Shown here: positions 1 to 10,152 of the stretch, piece after piece | Position numbering within the stretch: the first letter of the stretch is position 1 | Layout: every line of letters starts with the position of its first letter | Notes under the pieces: model-generated | The model's input: the letters and a program-made list of their open reading frames with translations, nothing else | What the model was told of the DNA's origin: nothing | Databases searched by the model: none | Position numbers and translations under genes: made by a program | From: Candidatus Omnitrophota bacterium | GTDB taxonomy: Bacteria > Omnitrophota > Gorgyraeia > JAHIPI01 | Reading direction: 5' to 3' | DNA: 64,000 nucleotides | Assembly (NCBI GenBank): GCA_016783745.1 | Contig: JADHVZ010000006.1 | Location: 3,397-67,396, forward strand

Positions 1-1173
<1,173 letters not shown>

Positions 1174-1192
1174 ATTTTTTATTCCGAAATTT

Positions 1193-1219
1193 TTAGCACT
1201 CTAAGTATATGAGTGCTAA
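1193..1219. promoter_or_regulatory. CIRCE operator (HrcA binding site): TTAGCACTC-N9-GAGTGCTAA, perfect match
   Basis: ttagcactc taagtatat gagtgctaa seen directly 20 bp upstream of groES start; perfect 9-bp inverted repeat with 9-bp spacer. Confidence 0.85.
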
Positions 1220-1229
1220 GTAGACTTTC

Positions 1230-1257
1230 ATTATACGGTAATATCCGAAAAAATCAA
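1230..1257 (-). promoter_or_regulatory. Putative sigma70-type promoter for groESL (minus strand): -35 TTGATT (1252-1257), 16-nt spacer, -10 TATAAT (1230-1235)
   Basis: Reverse complement reads cTTGATTttttcggatattaccgTATAATg, located just upstream of CIRCE. Confidence 0.5.
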
Positions 1258-1265
1258 GTATTTTC

Positions 1266-2012
1266 TTATATTTTTTTCATTTTTTCTAAATATGCCAGTT
1301 TTACGCCTTTCAGGGTAAGATCCTCGTCTACCTTCCGTATCGCAATACTATGTTTCGCGATCAAACGCGCGTTACCGCCCGTAGCTATCACCTTAAATTT
1401 ATATTTAAATTTGTTTTGCAGTTTTTTAACAAGCCCATCGCACAACAAAGCGCATCCGTAGTATATTCCGCTTGCCATGCTTTCAGATGTGGTTTTTCCT
1501 AAAACAGCCGGAATTTTTTTAAGTGTGATCTTCGGCAAAAGGGCTGTCTTTTCGGCAAGGGAATTCAAGGACAATTCGATGCCCGGCGCGATGATGCCCC
1601 CAGCATATGCTCCGCTTTTTGATACAACATCAAAGGTCACTGCGGTTCCGAAGTCCACGATTATCAGGGGGGCTTTATATATCACGCAACCGGCGTAGGC
1701 ATTGATCAATCTATCCTGCCCCACCTGTTCAGGCCTTTTGTATAAATTCCTTATAGGCACGCGGATATCCTTGCCCATAATAAGCGGTTTTATCTTGAAT
1801 ATTCTCTTCAAAATACCGGTCAGTGCCTTTTCCGCCTTGGGCACAACGCTGCAGATCAGGATCGCGCCTACCTTATATCTAGCAAATGCCTTCTTTATCT
1901 TCCGGGCAAGAGCCTTATCGTACGTAGGTATCCGTGACTTCTTCACAAGCTGTTTATCCTTGAATACCCCCAGCGTTATATTGCTGTTTCCGATATCTAT
2001 TGCGAGTAACAT
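1266..2012 (-). CDS. coaX: Type III pantothenate kinase
   Basis: MLLAIDIGNSNITLGVF... N-terminus and length 248 aa typical of CoaX; adjacent to birA as in many bacteria. Confidence 0.9.
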   Translation of the reverse strand: MLLAIDIGNSNITLGVFKDKQLVKKSRIPTYDKALARKIKKAFARYKVGAILICSVVPKAEKALTGILKRIFKIKPLIMGKDIRVPIRNLYKRPEQVGQDRLINAYAGCVIYKAPLIIVDFGTAVTFDVVSKSGAYAGGIIAPGIELSLNSLAEKTALLPKITLKKIPAVLGKTTSESMASGIYYGCALLCDGLVKKLQNKFKYKFKVIATGGNARLIAKHSIAIRKVDEDLTLKGVKLAYLEKMKKI

Positions 2013-2021
2013 GCCTTCCTC

Positions 2022-2978
2022 CTAATGCGCTATAGTTACGTCCCCTGAGAGTATCCGCTTCTGGATCCCGCTGTCCAATCTTACTACAAGCGCCCCGTCT
2101 TTGTCAACATCAAGGGCGTGTCCCTCTGTTTTCTCGTTATGGCAATGTATCTTTACATGATGGCCTAAAGTTGCCGAATAATCACGCCATTCATTTCGGA
2201 TCTTGCCGAAGCCTTCTTTATTAAAAAGCGCCATATGCTCTTCCAGGCTTTCCAGTATTTTTTTCGTTAAGGCGACCTTGGAGATCTTTCCTTCAGATTC
2301 TTTCGCCAGCGAGGTAGCGGTTTTAGGCAGGTTCCCTGTAGCCGCGCCCACATTTATCCCGATGCCCACGATAACAAAATCCACTCTGTCCTGCTCAGCC
2401 TTCATCTCTGTCAGTATGCCGCAGACCTTTTTCTTTCCTATCATTATATCATTTGGCCATTTGATCATGGCAGAGACACCTGTTATTTCTCTTATGGATG
2501 AGCAGACCGCGACCGCGGCCACGAGCGTTATCTTGGCGACCTCTCGCGGCTCGATATCAGGCCTCAATATACAGGAAAGATAGATGCCGCCATTAGGGGA
2601 TATCCAGTTCCTCCCCTGTCTGCCTTTGCCTTTCTTCTGGCGCTCCGCCACAACTATAGCGCCTTCCTTCTCGCCTTTTTCGGCCAGGCCGTAGGCAGTA
2701 TTATTTGTAGAATCAAGGCTCTCGTATGCCAGGACCTTATTCCCCAGGGACCTGGTAGAGAGCTTATATTGAATTTCCTCAGGGATCAACCGATCGGGAC
2801 GGGCCACTAATTTATACCCCAGATGCGGTACCGCGTCGATCTCATACCCCAGGTGCCGTAAGGTCTGGATATGTTTCCATACGCTGGCCCTTGAGAATCC
2901 CAGCTCCTTGCTTATTTCTTCCCCGGAAACATAATTGTCATCATGCTTCCCGAATATCCTCAGTATCTTCTCATCCAT
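2022..2978 (-). CDS. birA: Bifunctional biotin--[acetyl-CoA-carboxylase] ligase / biotin operon repressor BirA (N-terminal HTH + ligase domain)
   Basis: 318 aa; N-terminal HTH (GEEISKELGFSRASVWKHIQTLRHLGYEI), central GRQGRNWISP motif of biotin protein ligases. Confidence 0.9.
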   Translation of the reverse strand: MDEKILRIFGKHDDNYVSGEEISKELGFSRASVWKHIQTLRHLGYEIDAVPHLGYKLVARPDRLIPEEIQYKLSTRSLGNKVLAYESLDSTNNTAYGLAEKGEKEGAIVVAERQKKGKGRQGRNWISPNGGIYLSCILRPDIEPREVAKITLVAAVAVCSSIREITGVSAMIKWPNDIMIGKKKVCGILTEMKAEQDRVDFVIVGIGINVGAATGNLPKTATSLAKESEGKISKVALTKKILESLEEHMALFNKEGFGKIRNEWRDYSATLGHHVKIHCHNEKTEGHALDVDKDGALVVRLDSGIQKRILSGDVTIAH

Positions 2979-2991
2979 ATTAAAGCCTCCA

Positions 2992-3368
2992 CGTCATTGC
3001 GAGCCCCAAAGGGGCGAAGCAATCTCAAAGATTGTTATACAAGTCAATAAAATCTGGATTGATGCTTTTTATAAGTTGTATTTTCTTCTTCCTGGACCCT
3101 GCCTTGATTTGTTTTTCTCTCTCTATCGCATCATTAATATCGTCAAATACTTCATAATAAACTAATTTATCTACATTGTATCTTTTAGTGAATCCGCCTA
3201 ATAACTTGTGTTTGTGCTCGTAAATTCTTTTTTGCAGATCACTTGAAATACCTGTGTAAATTACAGTATTTCTTTTGTTTGTCATCATGTATATATAACT
3301 TTGACGTTCATCCATTTGTATTGGCTTTGCTGGGATTGCTTCGGTCGCTTCGCGGCCTCGCAATGACG
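2992..3368. mobile_element. Small GIY-YIG gene cassette bounded by ~35-bp imperfect terminal inverted repeats (left 2992-3024 cgtcattgcgagccccaaaggggcgaagcaatc; right 3334-3368 gattgcttcggtcgcttcgcggcctcgcaatgacg)
   Basis: Outer 12 nt (cgtcattgcgag/ctcgcaatgacg) and inner 9 nt (gaagcaatc/gattgcttc) of the two arms are exact reverse complements; they bracket exactly one small GIY-YIG ORF in the birA-uvrB spacer. Confidence 0.5.
3025..3315 (-). CDS. GIY-YIG (URI-domain) nuclease family protein, ~96 aa (ORF track extends to 3363 but the extra N-terminus lies inside the right inverted repeat; start at MDERQ more likely)
   Basis: ...YIYMMTNKRNTVIYTGISSDLQKRIYEHK...YYEVFDDINDAIEREKQIKAGSRKKK matches GIY-(10-11)-YIG and the conserved R/E of small GIY-YIG proteins. 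Confidence 0.75.
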   Translation of the reverse strand: MDERQSYIYMMTNKRNTVIYTGISSDLQKRIYEHKHKLLGGFTKRYNVDKLVYYEVFDDINDAIEREKQIKAGSRKKKIQLIKSINPDFIDLYNNL

Positions 3369-3379
3369 GGAAACAGTTT

Positions 3380-5374
3380 TTACGTCTTCTTCTTTATTGA
3401 CTTCTCCTTCTTATATTTTTTAGTCAGCCTGGTCAGCTGGTCGCGATATACAGCGGCTCTCTCGAATTCCAGATTGCGCGCCGCAAGCTCCATATTGTGT
3501 TCCAGTTCAGAGATAAGCTCGTTAAATTCGTGCTGATCCTCGTTCTCACCCGCAACTTGAGCTACAAACTCCTTCGCTTTGGAATAAGCCTCTATGCCTT
3601 CTCTTATAGCTTTTTTAATGGAAGTGGGCTTGATATTGTTCTTTTTGTTGAATTCAAGCTGCTTCTCTCTCCTCCTGCGCGTCTCATCGATCGTCTTCCT
3701 CATCGAACCTGTTATCCTATCCGCATATAAGATGACCTGGCCGTTCACGTTTCTGGCAGCCCTTCCCGCTAGCTGCGTTAAAGATGTCTGGCTTCGCAGG
3801 AAACCTTCCTTATCAGCATCCAGCACCGCTACTAAAGAGACCTCAGGCAGGTCTATGCCTTCCCTCAAAAGATTTATTCCTACTATGCAGTCGAATTTCT
3901 TAAGACGGAGGTCTCTTATGATCTCTACCCTTTCTATGACATCGATCTCCGAATGGAGGTATTTTACGCGGATCCCCACTTCCTTAAGATATGCTGCCAG
4001 GTCCTCGGACATCCTCTTTGTCAGGGTATTGACGATGACTCTCTCTTTTACCTCCGCCCTCTTCCGCACCTCTTCAATAAGGTCGTCTATCTCATTTTCG
4101 CTGGGTTTTATGATGATATCCGGGTCAAGTAATCCGGTAGGCCTTATGATCTGCTCCGCGACAACAGCGCTTTTGCCAAGTTCATAGGGTGCTGGCGTAG
4201 CTGAGGCAAACACGGTATGCGAGGTGATTTTTTCAAATTCATCGGATTTTAACGGGCGGTTGTCCAGCGCTGAGGGTAATCTGAAACCATACTCCACAAG
4301 CGTAAGCTTGCGGGAACGATCCCCCTCATACATGCCGCGTACCTGCGGAACCGTTACGTGCGACTCGTCTATTATCACAAGAAGATCTTTCGGGAAATAA
4401 TCGATCAGACAATACGGTTTTGACCCCGGAGCCCTGCCTGAAAGATGACGGGAATAGTTTTCAATACCTGAGCAATACCCCAGCTCTTTCAGCATATCTA
4501 TATCATAATTAGTCCTGGACTCAAGCCTCTGGGCCTCAAGAAGCTTATTATTTTCTCTTAATTCCTTCAGCCTGCCGGCGAGCTCTTCTTTTATAGTCAC
4601 TATTGCTTTATTTATCTTATCTTCGGTAGTGACAAAGTGCTTTGCCGGATATATAGCAACCTTATTGATCTCGTTTATAGTCTTACCGGTAAGCGGGTCT
4701 ATCTCTCTAAGCCGTGATATCACATCATCCGATAGCTCCACCCTGATGGCCTTGTTCTCATAAGCCGGAAATATCTCTATCACCTCGCCGCGCGCCCTGA
4801 AGGTACCCCTCGCGAAATCGTAATCATTTCTGGAATAATGGATGTTTACCAGCTTTTTCATTATCTCATCCCGGGGTGTTTTCTCGCCCTTCTCCAGAAA
4901 TACAAGAAGCTCCGCATAGTCTTCGGGCGAACCCAAACCGTATATACAGGATACGCTGGCAACGATTATCACATCGCGCCTTGACATAAGCGAGCTTGTA
5001 GCTGAAAGCCTCAGCTTGTCGATTTCCTTGTTTATGGAAGCGTCTTTCTCAATATAGGTATCGGTGCGGGGAACATACGCCTCAGGCTGGTAATAATCAT
5101 AATAGCTTACAAAATACTCTACGGCGTTCTCTTGAAAAAGCTCTTTGAATTCACTGTAAAGCTGGGCGGCCAGAGTCTTGTTGTGAGAGATGACCAGAGT
5201 CGGCCTGTTGAGGTTATTTATGACGTGGGCAAGCGAAAAAGTCTTTCCCGAACCCGTAACGCCAAGAAGCGTTTGATAGCGGTTTCCTTTTGAGATACTG
5301 TCAGTGAGGGCCTTGATGGCTTTAGGCTGGTCGCCTCTCGGCCTTAAGTCTGTAGTGAGCTTGAATTTGTTCAT
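3380..5374 (-). CDS. uvrB: Excinuclease ABC subunit B
   Basis: 664 aa, [32 protein letters not shown] (Walker A), helicase motifs, C-terminal UvrB/UvrC-interaction coiled coil. Confidence 0.95.
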   Translation of the reverse strand: MNKFKLTTDLRPRGDQPKAIKALTDSISKGNRYQTLLGVTGSGKTFSLAHVINNLNRPTLVISHNKTLAAQLYSEFKELFQENAVEYFVSYYDYYQPEAYVPRTDTYIEKDASINKEIDKLRLSATSSLMSRRDVIIVASVSCIYGLGSPEDYAELLVFLEKGEKTPRDEIMKKLVNIHYSRNDYDFARGTFRARGEVIEIFPAYENKAIRVELSDDVISRLREIDPLTGKTINEINKVAIYPAKHFVTTEDKINKAIVTIKEELAGRLKELRENNKLLEAQRLESRTNYDIDMLKELGYCSGIENYSRHLSGRAPGSKPYCLIDYFPKDLLVIIDESHVTVPQVRGMYEGDRSRKLTLVEYGFRLPSALDNRPLKSDEFEKITSHTVFASATPAPYELGKSAVVAEQIIRPTGLLDPDIIIKPSENEIDDLIEEVRKRAEVKERVIVNTLTKRMSEDLAAYLKEVGIRVKYLHSEIDVIERVEIIRDLRLKKFDCIVGINLLREGIDLPEVSLVAVLDADKEGFLRSQTSLTQLAGRAARNVNGQVILYADRITGSMRKTIDETRRRREKQLEFNKKNNIKPTSIKKAIREGIEAYSKAKEFVAQVAGENEDQHEFNELISELEHNMELAARNLEFERAAVYRDQLTRLTKKYKKEKSIKKKT

Positions 5375-5497
5375 GTTTACGAGTGCCTTTTAAGCAATGT
5401 TGATATGCCCCGAGCGAATCAAAAATTTAGCCTCGAGCAAGCAAAAAATCGGTTTCTAAAAGGACAGTCGTTGTCCGGTGGCACTTACTACGCTCCG

Positions 5498-5528
5498 GTC
5501 CTTCGCTTTGTGAAGCAAAGCGAAGGAC
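5498..5528. repeat. Perfect 13-bp stem / 5-nt loop hairpin (gtccttcgctttg tgaag caaagcgaaggac) in the nadC-uvrB spacer
   Basis: Seen directly; no adjacent U-tract on either strand, so not a canonical intrinsic terminator. Confidence 0.5.
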
Positions 5529-5629
5529 GAGCCGACGCGGTAGCGTCAGGCGAGTTCGACCGTCCCCGATTTTTTGCGCCGCGAGAGGCGTATAAAATTT
5601 TTGTTGAGCAGAGGGGCTATCAACATTGC

Positions 5630-6508
5630 TTATATTACATTCAAAGAAAAATCTATTATCGCGGGGGAATGCGTGAGCGCGCCGATGGAGATCCGGTCCA
5701 CGCCGGTCTTCGCGTATTCCTCTATATTATTGAGGTTGATATTGCCGGATACCTCGATCACAGCCCGCTTCCCTTTTGAGCCGCCCGAATCTCTTATTTT
5801 TATGGCTTCTTTTATCATATCAGGCTTCATGTTATCCAGCATGATGATGTCAGCGCCGGATGAAAGCGCGTCCTGGAACTCAGCTATATTCTTTACCTCT
5901 ACCTCTATCTTTATATTCTTCTGCGCCTTATTTTTGGCGGCCTTTACAGAATCCTCGACAACCGATGACCCCTTTGTCTTTTTCAGCCTCTCGATGATCG
6001 CCAGGTGATTATCCTTTATCAGGACCTGATCATATAGGCCCATCCTGTGGTTTTTTCCGCCGCCTATCTTTACCGCGTATTTCTCAAAATAGCGCAGATT
6101 GGGAGTTGTCTTTCTCGTATCAAATATATCCACTTTATACGGGGCCGCCTTATCGACAAACCTTTTCGTAAGGGTGGCTATACCGCTTAGGCGGTTCAGA
6201 AAATTCAGCACCAGCCGCTCGCCTTTCAGTACCGATGAAGCCTTTCCCTCTATGTAGCAGACGGCCTTACCGTGTTCGATCTCACTTCCCTCGCCAATAT
6301 TCAATTTGACTCTAAGGTCAGCGTCCAGAAACCCGTACACAGCTTCCACAATAGGCAGTCCCGCCACAATACCTTCTGATTTCGCTATGATATCCGCTTT
6401 GATCTTTTCCCCGGGAGGGATCAAAAACGAGGTGGTAAGATCGATCCTGCCTATATCCTCTTCCAGCGCCCTTTTTATAACATCTAAGATCTTTTCTTTT
6501 TTTAACAT
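5630..6508 (-). CDS. nadC: Nicotinate-nucleotide pyrophosphorylase (quinolinate phosphoribosyltransferase)
   Basis: 292 aa; type II PRTase fold motifs (DxRKTxPxxR, IMLDN). Confidence 0.9.
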   Translation of the reverse strand: MLKKEKILDVIKRALEEDIGRIDLTTSFLIPPGEKIKADIIAKSEGIVAGLPIVEAVYGFLDADLRVKLNIGEGSEIEHGKAVCYIEGKASSVLKGERLVLNFLNRLSGIATLTKRFVDKAAPYKVDIFDTRKTTPNLRYFEKYAVKIGGGKNHRMGLYDQVLIKDNHLAIIERLKKTKGSSVVEDSVKAAKNKAQKNIKIEVEVKNIAEFQDALSSGADIIMLDNMKPDMIKEAIKIRDSGGSKGKRAVIEVSGNINLNNIEEYAKTGVDRISIGALTHSPAIIDFSLNVI

Positions 6509-6516
6509 AATAACAC

Positions 6517-7221
6517 CTAAAGTTCTTTCAACTTCTTTATCTCCGTTTCTCTCAATCGCCGGTAAGCTCCCTTTCTCAGGGACCCCAGCTTAAGAAACTC
6601 ATATCCGATCCTCTCAAGTTTCTTAATGGGGTGGCCTAAAAAAAGGAACATGCTCCTGATCTGTCTTTTTCTTCCTTCGTGTACCTCTATATACAGATCG
6701 CTTACCTTCTCATCAGCGCTGATTATGCTCACTTTGGCTCGAGCCGTCTTTCGGCCCTCTATGATAATACCTCTTTCAAGGCGCCTTATTTCTCTATCGC
6801 CGATCTTCCCCCTGCAATAGACGCGGTATTTCTTTCTTACTTCAAACTTCGGGTGCGTCAGCCTGTAGGTCAGGTCCCCGTCATTGGTCAGGATCAAAAG
6901 CCCTGTCGTATCCATATCAAGCCGGCCCACAGGATGCAGCTCGCGGAACTCCTTAGGAAGCATGTCAAAAACCGTCTTCCGCCCCTCCGGATCATGTTTA
7001 GATGTAATAAAACCTTTCGGCTTATTAAGGATGATATATACTTTTTTCTTGAATGTGAGCCTTTTGCCGCTTACCTCCACGTTGTCTTTATCCGGATCGA
7101 CAGCATAGCCTTTTTCACGGACTATCTTTCCGTTTACAAGAACATGGCCGTTTTCGATTATCTCTACGGCTTTCCTGCGGGAGGTTATTCCGGCGCGAGA
7201 AAGAACCACTTGAAGGCGCAT
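6517..7221 (-). CDS. rRNA pseudouridine synthase, RsuA/RluB family (S4 domain + catalytic domain)
   Basis: 234 aa; N-terminal S4 (RLQVVLSRAGITSRRKAVEII), catalytic HPVGRLDMDTTGLLILTNDG motif. Confidence 0.85.
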   Translation of the reverse strand: MRLQVVLSRAGITSRRKAVEIIENGHVLVNGKIVREKGYAVDPDKDNVEVSGKRLTFKKKVYIILNKPKGFITSKHDPEGRKTVFDMLPKEFRELHPVGRLDMDTTGLLILTNDGDLTYRLTHPKFEVRKKYRVYCRGKIGDREIRRLERGIIIEGRKTARAKVSIISADEKVSDLYIEVHEGRKRQIRSMFLFLGHPIKKLERIGYEFLKLGSLRKGAYRRLRETEIKKLKEL

Positions 7222-7224
7222 ATG

Positions 7225-9873
7225 TCAGCTCAGATCCTTTAAATTCTCTTCCAGGCGTTTTAAGGTGCTTTTAAAACCGGTTTCCGATAGCTTTGTCTTT
7301 TCGATAATATCCTTAGGCGCCCTTTCCATAAAGTTCTTATTCTTAAGCTTCTGCGCTATCACCTCAAGCCTTTTGACCACTTCCTGTTTTTGCTTAATAA
7401 GCCTGCTTTTCTCTTTTTCAAAATCTATTATGCCTTCAAGCGGTATATATACCTCCGCCATCTGCGGCGCTGCGTAAGCGGAGTGGGACGGCTTCGCGAT
7501 GCCCTTTCCTATCTCTAATGCTTTGACCCGGCATAACTTCTTTATGTATGCCTCTAGATCCTTTAAGATATTGCCGTGCTTCGGCTGCTTATATGACAAA
7601 ACCACTTTTATCTCGGTCCTCTGGTCTATGTTCCATTCGGAGCGTATATTGCGGATGGCCGTTATAACCTGTATGACGCCCTCAATATCATCTTCCAGTT
7701 CCTTAGAGATGAACTGCTTCTGTAGATGAGGCCATGAGCTTATCATGATGGGATCTCTCTCGTGCGGCAGATTCTGCCACAATTCTTCCGTAATAAACGG
7801 CATAAAAGGATGCAGCACCCTGAGAGACTTCTCAAGCACCTTATAGAGTATTATCTGGGTAGACTTCTCACCGGCTGAAAGTTTTGTAAACTCGATGTAC
7901 CAGTCGCAGAACTCATGCCAGAAAAATTCATATATCCGTGAGGCGGCATCATTAAAGCGGTAATTATCGAGACTTTCTGTGATATCTTTAAGCGCGGAGA
8001 AAAATCTGCTGAGTATCCACTTATCCACGGTCTTAAGGCTTGCAGCCTTGGCGTATACGCAAAGATCCACATTTATGTCATTCTGAAAAGTCGTAAGGAT
8101 ATAACGTGTGGCGTTCCATATCTTATTGGCAAAATTTCTGCCTATCTCGAATCTCCTGGGAGAAAGAAAGACATCCTGGCCTGTGGCCGTTATGGATATT
8201 ATGCTGAACCTGAGCGCGTCCGCGCCGAAAGAGCCTATTATCTCAAGCGGGTCTATTACATTGCCGAGTGATTTTGACATCTTTGTGCCTGTATCATCCC
8301 GGACCGTGCCATGGATATACACATCTTTAAAAGGTATTTCCCCTGTGAACTCGAATCCGGCCATGATCATCCGGGCGACCCAGAAAAATATTATCTCCTG
8401 CGCCGTTACCAGCACATTCGTCGGATAGAAATATTCAAATTCCGTCTTATTCTTCTCATCGCCTTCACTGAACGGCCAGTAAAAAGTAGCAAAAGGCCAT
8501 AGCCATGAAGAAAACCATGTATCAAGTACGTCCGGATCCTGCTCAAGCGCTTCAGAGTTACATTTCGGGCATTTATCCGGCCTTGCATTAGAAACTATTA
8601 CCTCCTCACACTGCGTGCAGTAATATACCGGGATCCTGTGCCCCCACCATATCTGCCGTGATATGCACCAGTCATGGATGTTTTCCATCCAGTTAAGATA
8701 GACCTTTGTCCATCTGGCGGGATAGAATTTTATTTTTCCTTTTTTGACTGCGTCTATGGCCGGTTTGGCAAGCGGCTTCATCTTCACAAACCACTGTTTA
8801 GATAGATACGGCTCGATTATTGTGTGGCAGCGGTAGCAATGTCCGGCTGAAAGCTGATGCGGCTCTACTTTTTCAAGAAGGTTCTTTTCTTTGAGGTCCT
8901 TCAGTATCACCTTTCTAGCCTCAAACCTGTCCATATCCTTATATTCGCCCGCGTTTTCGTTCATGCGGCCGTCAGGATGCATTACATTGACAAATTCCAG
9001 TCCGTGCTTTTTGCCCATGGCATAGTCGTTGGGATCATGCGCGGGTGTCACCTTGACCGCTCCTGTCCCGAACTTCTTATCTACCATGTCATCGGCGATT
9101 ATCTTGATCTCCCTGTTTATCAAAGGAAGGATAAGCGTTTGCCCGATATATTTTTTATACCTTTTGTCCTTGGGATTTACAGCGACAGCCGTATCCCCCA
9201 GCATGGTCTCCGGCCTGGTAGTCGCGACCATCACATATTTTTTAGCGTCATCCTTAAACGGGTATTTAAAATAATAGAGGCTGCCCTGGAGCTCCTTGCG
9301 CGGGGCCTCTTCATCGGAAAGCGCGGTATGGCACCGCGGACACCAGTTGATTATGTAATTCCCCTGATAGATGAGGCCCTTTCCATGCAGCCTGACAAAA
9401 ACATCTGTGATCACCCTGGAATAGGCGTCGTCCATTGTGAAACGAGTCCTCGACCAGTCGCATGAAGCGCCAAGCTTTTTAAGCTGGTGTATTATGGTAG
9501 AGCCGTATTCTTCTTTCCACTTCCATACGCGCTCGATAAATTCTTCACGGCCCAGATCCTGTCGCCTGAGATTCTCCTTGGCAATATCCTTTTCGACGGC
9601 ATTCTGTGTGGCTATGCCGGCATGGTCAGTGCCCGGCATCCATAAGGACTCGTGGCCCTGCATTCTCTTAAAACGTATGAGGATATCCTGGATGGTATTA
9701 TTGAGGGCATGGCCCATGTGCAGGATGCCGGTGATATTAGGCGGAGGGATGACTATGGAATACGGCTTTTTCTTGCCGTCTTCCTTCGCGGCGAATAGAT
9801 TCCTCTGTTCCCAGGATTTGTAGACACGATCCTCTACGGTTCTGGGGTCGTATGCTTTTGGAAGTTCTTTCAT
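7225..9873 (-). CDS. valS: Valine--tRNA ligase
   Basis: 882 aa; HIGH (PPPNITGILHMGHALN) and KMSKS (GTKMSKSLGNVIDP) motifs; C-terminal coiled coil. Confidence 0.95.
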   Translation of the reverse strand: MKELPKAYDPRTVEDRVYKSWEQRNLFAAKEDGKKKPYSIVIPPPNITGILHMGHALNNTIQDILIRFKRMQGHESLWMPGTDHAGIATQNAVEKDIAKENLRRQDLGREEFIERVWKWKEEYGSTIIHQLKKLGASCDWSRTRFTMDDAYSRVITDVFVRLHGKGLIYQGNYIINWCPRCHTALSDEEAPRKELQGSLYYFKYPFKDDAKKYVMVATTRPETMLGDTAVAVNPKDKRYKKYIGQTLILPLINREIKIIADDMVDKKFGTGAVKVTPAHDPNDYAMGKKHGLEFVNVMHPDGRMNENAGEYKDMDRFEARKVILKDLKEKNLLEKVEPHQLSAGHCYRCHTIIEPYLSKQWFVKMKPLAKPAIDAVKKGKIKFYPARWTKVYLNWMENIHDWCISRQIWWGHRIPVYYCTQCEEVIVSNARPDKCPKCNSEALEQDPDVLDTWFSSWLWPFATFYWPFSEGDEKNKTEFEYFYPTNVLVTAQEIIFFWVARMIMAGFEFTGEIPFKDVYIHGTVRDDTGTKMSKSLGNVIDPLEIIGSFGADALRFSIISITATGQDVFLSPRRFEIGRNFANKIWNATRYILTTFQNDINVDLCVYAKAASLKTVDKWILSRFFSALKDITESLDNYRFNDAASRIYEFFWHEFCDWYIEFTKLSAGEKSTQIILYKVLEKSLRVLHPFMPFITEELWQNLPHERDPIMISSWPHLQKQFISKELEDDIEGVIQVITAIRNIRSEWNIDQRTEIKVVLSYKQPKHGNILKDLEAYIKKLCRVKALEIGKGIAKPSHSAYAAPQMAEVYIPLEGIIDFEKEKSRLIKQKQEVVKRLEVIAQKLKNKNFMERAPKDIIEKTKLSETGFKSTLKRLEENLKDLS

Positions 9874-9884
9874 CTCGGCAGTTT

Positions 9885-10142
9885 TTAGCGCTTCATCATC
9901 GCGCAGCTACTCTTCGAGCCCCACCCCTTATACATCTTCCCGTGGCCCTGATAAGCCGAACATACGCTAAAGACCAGAGTAAATGCCGCGGCTACCCAGA
10001 GAGACATGGCGATCACATTTCCGAAGGATCTAAGCAGGCCCTTCTTTAATTTATCCGCTATTACCAGTACAAAGAAACTGAGCATCACTAGAAGCAGCGC
10101 GCTGGTGATCCCGCATAACCCGAAACTCCTCATAGCGATCAT
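9885..10142 (-). CDS. Small hypothetical membrane protein (~85 aa, two predicted TM helices)
   Basis: ORF preceded by AAGGAGG-5nt-ATG; hydrophobic segments ALLLVMLSFFVLVIA and IAMSLWVAAAFTLVFSV; no recognisable family. Confidence 0.5.
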   Translation of the reverse strand: MIAMRSFGLCGITSALLLVMLSFFVLVIADKLKKGLLRSFGNVIAMSLWVAAAFTLVFSVCSAYQGHGKMYKGWGSKSSCAMMKR

Positions 10143-10152
10143 GTGCACCTCC

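Noticed and set aside
5375-5629. Hidden small gene in the 255-bp uvrB-nadC spacer (plus-strand ORF 5405-5779)
   Set aside because: The ORF runs antisense into nadC, has no RBS, and its composition follows the hairpin/repeat content of the spacer. The spacer is better explained as the uvrB promoter region plus a structural hairpin.
9874-10152. T-box leader or attenuator upstream of valS
   Set aside because: Only 12 bp separate valS from the upstream small ORF; there is no room for a ~250-nt T-box leader. Likewise, alaS has only 13 bp of upstream spacer.
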